Positions 63,619 through 64,000 of a stretch of 64,000 nucleotides of DNA are shown here, piece by piece. Within the stretch, counting starts at the first letter, position 1; each line of letters opens with the position of its first letter. The stretch is from Octopus vulgaris (lineage: Eukaryota): the NCBI GenBank assembly GCA_951406725.2, contig OX597826.1, positions 36,580,001 to 36,644,000 on the forward strand, written 5' to 3'. A model generated the notes under the pieces. It was given only the letters and a program-made list of their open reading frames with translations. It was not told where the DNA came from and did no database searches. A program made the position numbers and the translations under genes.

Positions 63619-64000
63619 ATTGTAAATATTGTCTCCTCTATATTGTGAGGAATTAATATAAAATTTGTCCTTGTACATAAATGTAAATGGCCACACTTAA
63701 TTTTAAAATTAAACATCTCAACCCACCCCCACCCCACATCCACTTTATCCTTTCTTTTGCCCTTATCTCACCTTACTTTTACCTCATCCTTAACCTGAAA
63801 TGAGGTTTTGGCCACCTAAATCCCAACAAAGAGGATATCTAAATATTCTTTTTATTTTTCTAGTCCTACTGTTGTTATTTTATAGTAGTTCTCTATCTGT
63901 ATCAGCCCATGATCTCCTATTCAGCAGGGTTGACATATTCTGTCCATATCTACTTTGGGGTAATGACTTTGATGTGCTGCTAATAGTTTTCTCATTTTCC

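Overview
Eukaryotic, AT-rich, repeat-saturated non-coding DNA (intron or intergenic), most likely from an Octopus genome, judged by recognition of the SINE families and the microsatellite load (no database search run). No host protein-coding gene can be supported: almost all listed ORFs are translations of (TA)n, (CA)n, (CAT)n or (GA)n tracts or of decayed transposons. Recognisable content: (i) several tRNA-headed SINE families, some nested with target-site duplications; (ii) remnants of RTE-clade, R4/Dong-like and Penelope-like retroelements; (iii) three Tc1/mariner elements (an Hsmar1-like mariner, a DD37D maT element and a fold-back mariner derivative) plus two MITEs; (iv) a 2.3 kb hierarchical tandem array ending in an RTE-type tail; (v) five near-perfect fold-back hairpins. 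The most interesting signal is a set of type I hammerhead ribozyme motifs in four unrelated repeat contexts. One context is a three-copy family built as tRNA-like Pol III head + (AAT)n + hammerhead + repeated tail, i.e. a candidate SINE/retrozyme hybrid that might be mobilised by Penelope-like elements. Coordinates of degenerate repeats are approximate (about +/-10-20 nt); family letters A-E are my own labels.
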